Numbered from the stretch's first letter, positions 1 through 10,299 are shown. The stretch is 64,000 bases of DNA from an uncultured Nitrososphaerota archaeon (GCA_963799845.1 CAWCYI010000006.1:1312001-1376000), one strand, 5' to 3'. The notes: generated by a model from the letters alone, not told the origin. Made by a program: numbers and translations.

Positions 1-1160
1 AAGTCTTGTGTACATTTTGGAAAGCGGAGACCATCTTCTGCTCGAGCTTTTCATTAACAACCTTCTCCGTCCAGTGTTCTCTCGTTAGATTTTGGACCCA
101 TTCAAAATAGCTGACGACGACGCCTCCAGAGTTTGCCAAGATATCTGGCACGATGAAAACATTGTTTCTTGAAAGAATCTTGTCGGCACCAGGAGTGGTC
201 GGACCGTTGGCTGCTTCGCACACTATTTTCGCTTTCACTTTGGATGCATTTTTCTCTGTTATTGCGTTTTCGAGAGCTGCAGGAATCAGAATGTCTAAAT
301 CCATTTCCAATAACTCTTCATTCGTTATTTCTTGCGTCCCTTGTAAACCCACTACCGAACCCGTTTTGTCTTTGTGAGATTGAACTTTGTCGGGATCAAG
401 AGCCGTAGTAGATTTGATTCCTCCACGGGAATCACTGACCGCCAATACTCTCACGCCCAATTCGTTGAGAAATACAGCGGCCCATGATCCTGCGTTTCCG
501 TATCCTTGAATCGCAGCAGTCGCGCCCTTCAAGTTGATCATCTTAACCTTGGCCGCTTCGCGAGTGCAGATAACGCAGCCGCGCGCTGTTGAATTGTTTC
601 TTCCTTCTGACCCTCCTAAAGAAATTGGCTTTCCAGTGACAACTTCAGGAACCTGGTATCCTTTCATCTGGCTGTAAGTATCGAGTATCCAAGCCATTAT
701 CTGCGAGTCGGTGTAAACATCGGGAGCGGGAACATCTTTGTGGGGACCTATGAACTCCGATATTGCAGACGCATATCTGCGCGTCAGCCTCTCCTTTTCG
801 CCAGGGGACATGTTTTTGGGATCGCAGATTACTCCTCCTTTTGCGCCTCAGTAAGGAATATCGACAACAGCGCATTTCCAGGTCATCCATGTCGCGAGTG
901 CCTTAACTTCGTCAAGAGTAACATTTGGATGATACCTAATTCCTCCTTTGAATGGTCCCCTCGCGTCCATATACTGGACGCGATAACCTTGAAAATTCTT
1001 GACCTTACCGTCGTCCATCTTGACTGGCAAAGAGACGGAGAGGATTCTCTTAGGCTGTGAAAGAACCTCAACAACATCAGAATCCAGATTGATCAGCTTG
1101 GCAGTATCACTTCAGCTGTCTCATCGCGTTCCCGTACGGATTTAGTTCAGTGCTTGACAA
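1..1160 (-). CDS. gdhA: Glu/Leu/Phe/Val dehydrogenase (glutamate dehydrogenase); 3' end outside window, several frameshifts
   Basis: Fragments MSSTELNPYGNAMRQL, GYRVQYMDARGPFKGGIRYHPNV..EVKALATWMTWKCAVVDIPY, DVPAPDVYT, VTGKPISLGGSEGR, IQGYGNAG, GANGPTTP, DILANSGGVVVSYFEWVQN spread over different frames. Confidence 0.9.
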
Positions 1161-1862
1161 TAATTCTCGATCTCGCTCTCAGCTAAAATTCAGATACTTA
1201 ATGAAAGATGTACAATACGTTAAGCTAGGTTATTTAACCAGGACTATATTCAGCTCAGTTGGCAATATCGAGAGCTTTATTAATCATCCTATGAAAGTGA
1301 CGCTCAGATATTTTGTCTAAGAATTGACTTTCGTCTGAAACTTTGAGATGTTTGTCGCCCATTTTCACCTCTATTGGATCTAAGTACCTGAGCCTTTGCG
1401 TTCACGGGCTTTGAATCAACAATGATGAAATTTTTTATGAATTCACTTGTGACGAATCCTTTAGTTCTACCGAATGGATCTCCCTCGATAAAATTCAGTA
1501 GATGCGCGAATCTGCTTCTTGGGAATGGTTTGGTGATGTTGCTTATGGCAGACATGAGCCTGATGTTAGATCGCAGGTGTGGGTGGTATCCGGTCGAATT
1601 CGAGCAGCTCGGGCACGTGGTAAATTGCATCGGGTCGATCTCGATAGATCCCCCTTGCAACTTTAACCTTCATCAACGGCTGAGTTTTATCCTTGATTTC
1701 GAGAAGCCCGCCGTAAACGCCGTTGAAGTACTCCATTCGACTCATGTTATTTGCTGTATTTGGTGTTTCAGGGGTTTTGGTGAAGTCGAACTCAATTATC
1801 TCGTATTCGCCCACCTTGTTTCGTCCCTGAACCTTCTGCCCCGGCTTGTTTCCAAGCCTGCC

Positions 1863-2159
1863 CTAAGGCTCGTTAACTGCTCTGATTGTTGATTCGCTGA
1901 GAGCAACCTCGTTCATTTCACAAATTCCCTTTATCGGACGGAGATACCCTCTTACTGTATCATCTTCCTTTTTTCCTGCATCGACACGAGCCTGCTCTTT
2001 CACAAACCAATTCTTAATGGTCTCATACACCCATTGGGGATCTTTCTTAGCCTTGGCGATGAATTCTTTCGCTTGGATTCGAAGGATCCTCTTCTTCGCC
2101 TGCTGAATATTTCTCTTATTCTCCTGATAGTTGCCATCAATGGACTCGGATATTTCCAC
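1863..2159 (-). pseudogene. Truncated tyrosine-integrase N-terminal fragment (thaumarchaeal type)
   Basis: KEFIAKAKKDPQWVYETIKNWFVKEQARV..TVRGYLRPIKGICEMNEV resembles the N-terminal region of thaumarchaeal integrases; begins ~40 bp downstream of the tRNA-His 3' duplicate; no catalytic RHRY domain found. Confidence 0.6.
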
Positions 2160-2196
2160 ATGTGTGATTATTTGAGTCCGACCATAAAAGACCCTG

Positions 2197-2221
2197 AAAA
2201 GAGGGCCGCCGGTGGGATTTG
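2197..2221 (-). repeat. att-like direct repeat: duplicated 3' end of tRNA-His (distal island boundary)
   Basis: AAAAGAGGGCCGCCGGTGGGATTTG is identical to 43968-43992; identity stops inside the T-loop. Confidence 0.9.
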
Positions 2222-2250
2222 CACTCGATAACAGGGTTTTTCACAACAAA

Positions 2251-2622
2251 CTAGAACAAATCGACAGATTTCACCACTTGAAGAAATATCCTCTTCTTCT
2301 GAGCTCGGAATCCAGTTCCTCTTTTCTCGATCGAACAAGCCGCGCAGCGTCGAGCATACTCAGCTTCTGACCAGTTCCTCAATTCCTCCGGAGTCAAGAC
2401 ACGGTTACACAGCGGATTTTCCGAGCTATCATCAAGAAACTCATCCATCTTTCGCCCTTCCTTCATACCAGACCGTGTCTTGACAAACTCTGCTAGCGCA
2501 ATACGAAATACACTCGTAATATCGCGCCCTTCGTTCTTTGCTATACTTAGCGCGGCATCAAGCACAGGTTTGTCTTGCGCTCGCATGTTTACGGGAATTG
2601 TCCATCGCGGCTGTGGCGCCAT
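2251..2622 (-). CDS. Ribbon-helix-helix (CopG-like) DNA-binding protein
   Basis: MAPQPRWTIPVNMRAQDKPVLDAALSIAKNEGRDITSVFRIALAEFV fits a beta-alpha-alpha RHH pattern; C-terminus may be frameshifted; GTGCAT-gt-ATGCAC palindrome at 2662-2675 upstream. Confidence 0.55.
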   Translation of the reverse strand: MAPQPRWTIPVNMRAQDKPVLDAALSIAKNEGRDITSVFRIALAEFVKTRSGMKEGRKMDEFLDDSSENPLCNRVLTPEELRNWSEAEYARRCAACSIEKRGTGFRAQKKRIFLQVVKSVDLF

Positions 2623-2708
2623 TTGAACCAAGCACCGTCTCAAACTGGAAGCGATGAATGCGTGCATGTATGCACTGCTGCCGTACCCCTATACCCTGCT
2701 TAGGCGCG

Positions 2709-3245
2709 TCAATTGTTTTTTCCTTCCTCTTCTATCAGGATTGCATCTTCATGAATTGTATACCTCGGGCTCCAATTATTCCCCTCCATCGCTGACCTGA
2801 TTAGTCCCTTCTGCGTTATTCTCCAAATGCCGAGCGGCTTATCTTCACTGACAGCGTAGATTTCCCCCTTCAAAACAAGATTTTTCTTTGCAAACTTGAT
2901 TATGCTGTCAACAATTGTCTTTTTTGATTTCGGATAGCGAGCCCGGCGATCGTCGTCATCGAGCTCGCTGAACCATTTCGAGCTCCTCACCTCTTGTAAG
3001 ACCTGCCTGGTACTCACACCATTGACTGGTGCATTCGATAAGACGCTCAATATTGGGATCTCGCAAGTGCTGGCGGTCTGAGCTTTTGATCTCACCCGAG
3101 TGGTTGTCTTTGCTCTCTTGGCCCGGCTACCTTTCATCGTTTGATTCTCATCTGACTTTGTCTTTTCTATTGGCTGAAGTTCCTTCAAACCTTTTTCAAG
3201 ACATGCGACAGAACTACAGGCTTCCATAAGGGTTGTCGTCTGCAA
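2709..3245 (-). CDS. Mrr N-terminal-like winged-helix protein (no nuclease domain)
   Basis: PILSVL..STRQVLQEV..ELDDDDR..IKFAKKNLVLKGEI..GIWRITQKG matches the Mrr_N pattern; start uncertain. Confidence 0.6.
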   Translation of the reverse strand: MQTTTLMEACSSVACLEKGLKELQPIEKTKSDENQTMKGSRAKRAKTTTRVRSKAQTASTCEIPILSVLSNAPVNGVSTRQVLQEVRSSKWFSELDDDDRRARYPKSKKTIVDSIIKFAKKNLVLKGEIYAVSEDKPLGIWRITQKGLIRSAMEGNNWSPRYTIHEDAILIEEEGKNN

Positions 3246-3480
3246 AAACAGACTAGAAGTCTGCGATGTGTCTTGTCGGGCAGATCATCCAGAGCAATAT
3301 TTAGGCTCATCCTGTCATCTCTTACCGCCCATTTGCGGATCAAGTCCTTAGCAGCTTATGCTAAGCATACCTCGTGAGATTCCTATGACTCGAGTACTCT
3401 GCTTTTTCTCAACTTTATAATCAAGTCAATGAAAAAAGAATAAATTACTCTTCGAGTCGGTTCGACGCGCCGATGCATCT

Positions 3481-3696
3481 TTGAGAAAATATCTTTTCAC
3501 AAGTCTAGAGAGAAGGTTGGTGCGTTCCTATCTGAAGAATGGGCGTAGGGACAAGCACTTCAGCGTGTTATTGAGCCTCATCCGCAGAAATCAAAATACT
3601 CTTACAGAGGATTTCAATCTCTTGATAAAAGTTTCAAACAAAGCTGGTCCAGTAAATGGAAAAATGAAGAAGTCTCATTCTCGAAAGAAAGGATAA
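3481..3696 (+). CDS. Small basic hypothetical protein
   Basis: 71-aa ORF MRKYLFTSLERRLVRSYL.. with upstream AT-rich TATA-like sequence. Confidence 0.5.
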   Translation: MRKYLFTSLERRLVRSYLKNGRRDKHFSVLLSLIRRNQNTLTEDFNLLIKVSNKAGPVNGKMKKSHSRKKG

Positions 3697-3882
3697 CTGC
3701 AATGAATAGAAAATGAATGGTCAGAAATGAAACTGAGAAAATAATCATTCACAGAATTTTTCTGATTAAGAGGAGCATCAAAGTTGTCCTTTGATGATGT
3801 CAACGTAGCTCAGTAGAATCTTAGGTAAATTTCGAAAAGATGCCGGCAATCCATAAATTGGACGAGGTTTAATCCCAATTCA

Positions 3883-4826
3883 ATGTCACTCACTTTTGAA
3901 GGAGCAGAACACTGCTGGATGGATGGCCAGATCATTGATAACAAGAATGCAGTTTGCTCCGTCTTGAGCCCCACCCATCTTGGGATTTTTGAAGGGATAA
4001 GGGCCTACGCGCAGGGAGACATCATGAGTCAGAGTGGGAACATTGCGATATTCAGATGGAACGATCACGTCAAAAGATTATGGCGATCCGCTTCCGTTTC
4101 TTCCATAGAGATTCCAATGAGCAAAGAGCAGTTGCTTGATTATGTCAGAGATACCGTCCGATCAAACAATCTCAAAGGGAACTCGTACATCCAGCCCCGA
4201 ATTTGACCAAAGTATACAAAGTCGGCGGCATGTCAGAAAAGGACGTCCATGTTGTAATCCATGTGATGCCCATGAATACTCTATTGGATAATGGGAATTC
4301 CACATTCATGGACAAGCGCAGCCTACTTGTTTCATCTTGGAGAAGGATTGCCTCGGATGCGCTTCCACCGCAGAATAAGACTTTGGGGAATTACGCAAAC
4401 TCTCGTCTGGGGGAGAACGAAGCAAATCGACTTGGTTACTATGGTTGTCTTTTCTTGGACAACCGAGGATTTGTTTCAGAGGCGGGGTCTACATGCGTGA
4501 TGATGGTCAAGGACGGAGTTCTTTTCACTCCACCCGTCACTGCCTCTATTCTCGATAGCGTAACACGAGATTCTTTGATCACCCTTGCTAGGGAGGATCT
4601 CGGTATTAGGGTAGAAGAGAGAGACATTACTAGAGTCGAGCTTTACGGAATGGATGAGGTATTCCTTTGCGGAACGGGCGGTGAGATTCGCCCTGTTAGT
4701 AGCATAGACGACATACCGCTTGGCTCGGAGTACCCTGGCACAATTACCAAGAAAATTGCTACTCATTACGCGCAGGCCGTAACAGGGAATTTAGAGCATA
4801 GGTCAAACTGGCTCACACCACTGTAG
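3883..4826 (+). CDS. ilvE: Class IV (branched-chain) aminotransferase, split by frameshift near 4203
   Basis: GIFEGIRAY, FRWNDHVKRL, catalytic Lys in KTLGNY, GFVSEAGS, ILDSVTR, DEVFLCGTGGEIRPV. Confidence 0.85.
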
Positions 4827-4922
4827 TATTAGATGGCGATCCTCCTGCGAAAAATTGTAGTGTATCACGACTCTTCCATGGAGTACCTCCCGCAGTCATG
4901 CGAGCGGGAGAAAATTAGTCGC

Positions 4923-6047
4923 CTATTTAGACATAGTACTATGGCTTTGAGGTGATTCCATGACGGGTCTCTTCTGCTTTTGAAGCAATCTTACAGGATT
5001 TTCAACTAATGAGGAAATCGTCTCCTTGCTTGGTTCATCGTAGTTTGAGCAATGCATATGGACTACCTTCCAGCCTTGATTGGTTCGCTGGAAGATACAA
5101 GTCGACCTGTTTGATCTTTTATGATGATTTGCGGGAAAGTCGACATCGAATAACATTACAAAAGTGGCGTAAGCTACGTCTCCGTGAACGTGTACTTCGA
5201 GATCCTTCAAGCTTCGATTCTTCTTGAAAGAGGTTTGCTTTTCAAAATAACTTCGGGATTGTAATTCATCCCGACCAAGAGAGGGGAATATTGGTTCATC
5301 TGAATAACAGCTGAATTCTTTGCTGTGCAGCGATGTAGAGAAAGAATGGAAGTCCCTATTGTTGAGTCCTTCGATCAGGGTGAAGACAAGTTCACGAATT
5401 TCTTCCCGTTTAGTCGATCTTGTTCTCTTTTTTGTATTTCTTTTCCCATCGGAGCTCGGATACAGTCTCTGTAATTCTCTAACCCCCATTCCAGAGCTAA
5501 CGACTAATTTGGCGGTGTTCCATCTATCCTCGGCATCTTCAATCCTATTCAGAATTCTAGCATGATTTTCGGTGAGAAGTGACAAAACTCTCAATTGTTC
5601 GTCTCTTGGAGCAACTGAGTCAGAGAACAAATGAAGCATAGCGACGTGTTGTGACACAAACGCACGGGATCTACCGATGAGATCGCCTAATTGATCATAA
5701 CTGCTTCCAGTGGTTTTGTGCAACTTGTCCAAGATTAGTGCTTTTTCGTAATCCGTGAATCCTTTCCTGTCGACATTTTCTGAAAACGCCATCATTAACG
5801 CTTCAGAATCTGAAGCTTCTACAATGTTCGCATTTATCGACTTCCATCCCAATTTTTTGGCGGCTGATAATCTTCGGTATCCAAATATTAACTCAAATTC
5901 GAACGAAGTCGACTTGGAAGGCCTCACGAGGATGGGCGCAAGCTGTCCAAGCTTTGACAAGGATGTGTATAGATCGTCTGCTTCCGATTCGCTTTCAACT
6001 CGACTTTCTAAGAATGGACGTATAGATTCGACAGGAACCTCTAACAT
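4923..6047 (-). CDS. ParB/Srx CTPase domain + HTH + C-terminal SnoaL/NTF2-like domain fusion
   Basis: GQLAPILVRP, LIFGYRRLSAA (GxRR), SENVDR, HTH SYDQLGDLIGRSRAFVSQH, LTENHAR; C-terminus LNNRDF..DLEVHVHGDVAYA..RSTCIFQRTNQGWKVVHMHCS. Start ATG 6047 or TTG 6068. Confidence 0.85.
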   Translation of the reverse strand: MLEVPVESIRPFLESRVESESEADDLYTSLSKLGQLAPILVRPSKSTSFEFELIFGYRRLSAAKKLGWKSINANIVEASDSEALMMAFSENVDRKGFTDYEKALILDKLHKTTGSSYDQLGDLIGRSRAFVSQHVAMLHLFSDSVAPRDEQLRVLSLLTENHARILNRIEDAEDRWNTAKLVVSSGMGVRELQRLYPSSDGKRNTKKRTRSTKREEIRELVFTLIEGLNNRDFHSFSTSLHSKEFSCYSDEPIFPSLGRDELQSRSYFEKQTSFKKNRSLKDLEVHVHGDVAYATFVMLFDVDFPANHHKRSNRSTCIFQRTNQGWKVVHMHCSNYDEPSKETISSLVENPVRLLQKQKRPVMESPQSHSTMSK

Positions 6048-6087
6048 TACTTGTTTTTTGCGAGTCAATGCTTTTATTTATGTTGAT

Positions 6088-6105
6088 TGTTCACGCGCGT
6101 GAACA
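6088..6105. promoter_or_regulatory. Perfect 18-bp palindrome TGTTCACGCGCGTGAACA (parS-like operator)
   Basis: Lies in the divergent promoter between the ParB fusion and the MR/MLE gene, just upstream of an ATAAATAAAA TATA-like box on the - strand; near copy at 27916. Confidence 0.75.
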
Positions 6106-6244
6106 TGTATACTCTAATGGAATGTTCTCAAGTGTAAGATTAGATCTGATAACATGCTAAAGATTGACAATTATTTTCATCTTTATTTTATAACACAATC
6201 GATAGGAGCATTTTGCAATTCTTATCTAAATTCGTTTCCGTTTC

Positions 6245-7393
6245 GTGACTAGGGAGTTCATCCGTATGAAGATCAAAGAGGTTGAGGCAGTTGGAGTAGA
6301 ATGCAAGCTGGAGGGATTTATGCATCCTACTCGCAGATATCTATTGGCAAAAATTACCACTGACGACGGTCTTGTCGGATGGGGTCAATGTGGAACAACA
6401 GGAGCTCCAGAAGTAGCTCTAATGTTGCTTAACCGGCTCAGACCTTTACTAATCGGAGAAGATCCCTTCGACAGGCCGAAAATCTGGGAGAGTTGGCTAA
6501 ATTCTCCGCTTGCTACTCTATCAGAAGGACACAAGGGTGCAGAATCATTTGCAATTAGCGGCGTCGATATTGCTCTTTGGGATATACTAGGAAAGGCTTG
6601 CAACAAGCCCATTCACAAACTTATTGGCGGATTCCGTGATAAAATTCGGTTGTACGCAAGTCATGGTGATCCGGATAATTTTCAACTTTATCTCGACTAT
6701 GGATTCACAGGATTCAAAATTGGCATATCTCATCCTGGCATATTTCCAGGAAAAGTTGGAACTGCCGCTGAACTAGATGTCACGCTAAAGCAGCTAAGGG
6801 ACATAATTGGTTATAAGAATGATCTGATGGTAGACGCTTGGCAGGGATTCTCACTATCCGAGGCAATTCGAGTTGCAAAGGTCCTTGAAAAATACGAAAT
6901 TACATGGTTTGAGGAGCCTATCTTGTCTTATGATTTCGATGGTCTAGCAATCATTTCTCGAAGTACGACAGTTCCAATAGCTGCTGGGGAGCACCAATAC
7001 ATGAACAGAGAAGCTGCTGACCTGATTTTAAAGAGCGGGATTCAGCTAGTCCAGTGCGATCCTGTCAGCTGCGGTGGAATCTCAGAATCGTACAAGATTG
7101 CTTCTATAGCTCAATCAAGGGGAGTAAAATACCAGCCTCATTGCACTGAAACCCCTCTGAATTTTGCAGCTGTAATGCAAGTCATGGCTTCTACGCCTAA
7201 TTCGTTTCTCGCGGAGTGGCAGGTAGGTCATGGAATGGGAGTCAAGTATGGAGAAGAGCTTCCTCTCCGATGGGAATTAATCAAACAACCATTTTCGGTT
7301 CGAAATGGGTGGGTAGACGTTCCCAAAGGACCTGGTCTAGGAATTGAGATTGACGAAAAGGCACTAAGAAAATTTGAATGGAAGATTTTCTAG
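6245..7393 (+). CDS. Mandelate racemase/muconate lactonizing enzyme family protein
   Basis: AISGVDIALWDILGK, FKIG, LMVDAW, WFEEP, IAAGE, PH, PKGPGLGIE. Confidence 0.9.
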   Translation: MTREFIRMKIKEVEAVGVECKLEGFMHPTRRYLLAKITTDDGLVGWGQCGTTGAPEVALMLLNRLRPLLIGEDPFDRPKIWESWLNSPLATLSEGHKGAESFAISGVDIALWDILGKACNKPIHKLIGGFRDKIRLYASHGDPDNFQLYLDYGFTGFKIGISHPGIFPGKVGTAAELDVTLKQLRDIIGYKNDLMVDAWQGFSLSEAIRVAKVLEKYEITWFEEPILSYDFDGLAIISRSTTVPIAAGEHQYMNREAADLILKSGIQLVQCDPVSCGGISESYKIASIAQSRGVKYQPHCTETPLNFAAVMQVMASTPNSFLAEWQVGHGMGVKYGEELPLRWELIKQPFSVRNGWVDVPKGPGLGIEIDEKALRKFEWKIF

Positions 7394-7546
7394 GCAATCT
7401 GTTTATGAAGTATAAAGAAGAATCAAACTAATGATCTCAATTACATTTCTGAGTTTATTCACTTTTTTTGGAGGCAAGGTCGATCCAGAATAGACCTCGC
7501 TCCGAATTTTTTGTAAACCAAAAGTTTTCCGTGAGGGTTAGAGAAG

Positions 7547-9010
7547 TTGAAAACAAATTTCAAGTTCCGAATGTATGAGAAGCTTCAGAAGGAATATCCC
7601 GAGATAATTTCCGAAGCAAAGAGGGTGCCGGAGGAAATTGGAATGCCAGATTCTTTGAAAGGTAAGATAGGGCTTACTGGAGCAATTTCAGGCATGCCTC
7701 GTGTCCTCGGCAAGGATGTTAGAGATGCGATAGAAGTTGCGCATCGGCAACCCATGCCGTTAAGCGGTCTCGTCGACCAAATCCGGGAGTTGGTTAAGGG
7801 TTTTTACGGAGATGAATATGACGCAGTCCCGGCGAATACCTGCGAATCGGCACTCTGTCTATCTTTTGATGTACTTGCTGCTCCGCCAATGCAAGGCAGG
7901 GGAGATAACTATCGAACTAGATACGTTACACTTTACGAGAAGCATCTCTTCCATCAGGGAGCTTACGGGAGACCATTCCCTCCCAAATACAAGGATGTTT
8001 TTTCGGACGCGGGAGTAACTTCAGGAGAATTTTCTTCCGCAGGAAAGAGACTAAACAATCTCGATACAGTGGTTGTTCCGCTGATCGGAGCAAGATATGA
8101 TGTACATGGGATAAAGTATTGCCCCACTATGTTATTAGAAAATGTTGACGCTAAAGCCTCCGCAGAAAAGATCGCAGAAGTGGCAGATAGAAATTCAGCT
8201 TTCGTTTCCGCATTTTCTACTCTTACGATGGATACGCCGGGTTACGGACGGAGAGAGAAAGACAGCGCGGGCGCCTCGATCCTCGAGAAGATGATAAGCA
8301 AAGTCGCCCAAAGGTATGATGTTCCTTACATTACTGATAATGCAACTGGACTGCCCTTCATTGGTAACGATTTGAGAAAGACCGATTGTGACCTGATGCT
8401 ATACAGTATGGACAAGGACGCTCTGAGTCCGACGAGCGGATTGATCATCGGAAAAGAGGAGTATATGGTGCCTCTTCGTAAGGCAATGGGTTTCCACAGT
8501 AATCGTTACGGGACAATCTCTGCGTATGGTAAAGCCGCATATTCTTCATTCGATCCTGGGAAGACCGGCCTCGTGGGGCAAATTGCAGCCCTGAAGGCTC
8601 TCAGAGACAAGCGTTCGCTAATAATTAGGTGGACCGATAAAGTGTACGAGATAACTATGGAAGAATTTGCCAAGATTAATCCCAAACTTGGAAAGGGAAT
8701 CGAGGTTACAAAATCTTACAATTTTGGCGGAGTCGAAGTTAACTATGCAAAAACTTGGATAGACGGAGAAATTGGGATACCAATGTTCAGCAGCGAAGAC
8801 ATCTTCGCTGGCGTAGATCCTTTATTCAACGGGTTTTTGGAGATGGGAATAGGACCGACACCTGTTTCGAGCGGAAATTTTGTCGTAATGCCCGGGTTTG
8901 GAACCCTTGACGACACGTATGGTCTATTGGAGGAAAATATGAGATACGCCTTAAAAGCTATGGTTAAGATGCTTGAAATTATCAGCAAGCATGCGGGCAC
9001 GTTGGACTAG
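7547..9010 (+). CDS. Fold-type I PLP-dependent enzyme (SelA/DgaE-like, uncharacterised)
   Basis: VPYITDNA (PLP Asp), DLMLYSMDK (Schiff-base Lys), PTSGLIIGKEE. Confidence 0.65.
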   Translation: MKTNFKFRMYEKLQKEYPEIISEAKRVPEEIGMPDSLKGKIGLTGAISGMPRVLGKDVRDAIEVAHRQPMPLSGLVDQIRELVKGFYGDEYDAVPANTCESALCLSFDVLAAPPMQGRGDNYRTRYVTLYEKHLFHQGAYGRPFPPKYKDVFSDAGVTSGEFSSAGKRLNNLDTVVVPLIGARYDVHGIKYCPTMLLENVDAKASAEKIAEVADRNSAFVSAFSTLTMDTPGYGRREKDSAGASILEKMISKVAQRYDVPYITDNATGLPFIGNDLRKTDCDLMLYSMDKDALSPTSGLIIGKEEYMVPLRKAMGFHSNRYGTISAYGKAAYSSFDPGKTGLVGQIAALKALRDKRSLIIRWTDKVYEITMEEFAKINPKLGKGIEVTKSYNFGGVEVNYAKTWIDGEIGIPMFSSEDIFAGVDPLFNGFLEMGIGPTPVSSGNFVVMPGFGTLDDTYGLLEENMRYALKAMVKMLEIISKHAGTLD

Positions 9011-9090
9011 GTAAATCAACTTCGAATAGATGAAAGATTAGCGAATATATGATATCGAACGTAAAGTCATTTTCATTCTCTCTTCTAACC

Positions 9091-10299
9091 TTAATGCATT
9101 TCATCATAAGGAGATCGTGTCAATCTTTCATAGCCATTATCTGTAACTAGAAGAGTATCACTTAGAAACACACCTCCGACTTCCGAAGCGTGGAACCCCA
9201 CTTGAACGGCGAGAACCATCCCTTTTTGTAATGGAGTCGTATCCTTCTCTATTATCTGAGGTCTTTCGTTTATTTCTACACCGATACCGTGGCCAAACCC
9301 GTAATCAATCTTTAAGGATCCAGCTTTCAAGTCGCGACAGATTTCAGTTGTGTCCCTTGCAAGGGAGGAAGCTGTAATCCCGGGCTTTACCTTTTCCAAC
9401 ATTCTAGAATAGATTTTGATTGCGGTCTTGTTTAGATTTGATTGCTTTTCATTTGCCTCTCCGACTACTAGCGTCCTTCCGATCTGTGACCAATATTTCC
9501 AATTTTCGAACGCCATCAGAAGCAGTACGGGATCACCTTTTTTCAAGACCCGACCGGGCATTCCTAAAGATCTCTGAGCATCGGGGCCGCTTGCAATCAA
9601 GGATCTGAAATTATGAGCTCCTATTGTTCTAGTGGCAGCGTCTATATCGGAAAGAACATCCGACTCCGTCTTTCCTTCTTGGATTGAACTTTTGAATGTT
9701 TGAAATGCCGCATCAGAAATTTGACTTGCTTTCTTGATTAGGTGCACTTCCGCTTCGCTTTTTACCATCCTCTGATTCTCAATAATGTCTGTCGCATCTT
9801 CGAAAGAGACATTAGGAAGTTCACGCTTGAGGGTTACGTAAGAGCCTGCGTCCATCCAGCCCGCACCTACAAGACCTACTTTTCCAGAAGTCAGGTTCAA
9901 GCCGTCCAACACTCTCCTAACATTTGGACCCAAGTCATATGTACCCATCACTCGGAATTCCAAAGATCTGACGTCCCTGATCCAGGTCGAAGCTCGAACC
10001 TCCCATCCAAAGTCTCGAGGAATCCAACAACCAAGTAATGTTGGATCTCCTTCTCGAGGGATTATGAGTCCAATCGACCTGTTGTAGCAAACGTTAGCGT
10101 TTGCAAGATAAAGCACATTGCCGTTCTTCCACGACCCATCAGCTCTGCCGAATACAAGTAGCGCATCGATTCCTCTTCGACCCATTTCCTTCTTCGATCG
10201 TGAAACGCGATCCCTGAATTCCTCGATGGGCATTTCAAGAGCGTTCCATCCCCACGGTCCGGTTGAATAGCCGCCAAACAGCGGGCGTAGTGAAAGCAT
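9091..10299 (-). CDS. M24 (creatinase/prolidase fold) family protein with degenerate metal site
   Basis: Creatinase_N-like start (EFRDRVSR..GIDALLV), RMVKSEAEV, GHGIG; SQIGRT/AVQVG/FLSDT replace canonical D/E ligands. Confidence 0.85.
   Translation of the reverse strand: MLSLRPLFGGYSTGPWGWNALEMPIEEFRDRVSRSKKEMGRRGIDALLVFGRADGSWKNGNVLYLANANVCYNRSIGLIIPREGDPTLLGCWIPRDFGWEVRASTWIRDVRSLEFRVMGTYDLGPNVRRVLDGLNLTSGKVGLVGAGWMDAGSYVTLKRELPNVSFEDATDIIENQRMVKSEAEVHLIKKASQISDAAFQTFKSSIQEGKTESDVLSDIDAATRTIGAHNFRSLIASGPDAQRSLGMPGRVLKKGDPVLLLMAFENWKYWSQIGRTLVVGEANEKQSNLNKTAIKIYSRMLEKVKPGITASSLARDTTEICRDLKAGSLKIDYGFGHGIGVEINERPQIIEKDTTPLQKGMVLAVQVGFHASEVGGVFLSDTLLVTDNGYERLTRSPYDEMH

Noticed and set aside
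4923-6105. Classical ParABS partition locus
   Set aside because: No parA or replication gene in the window; the extra NTF2 domain and promoter-located sites favour a regulatory role, although a partition relic cannot be excluded.
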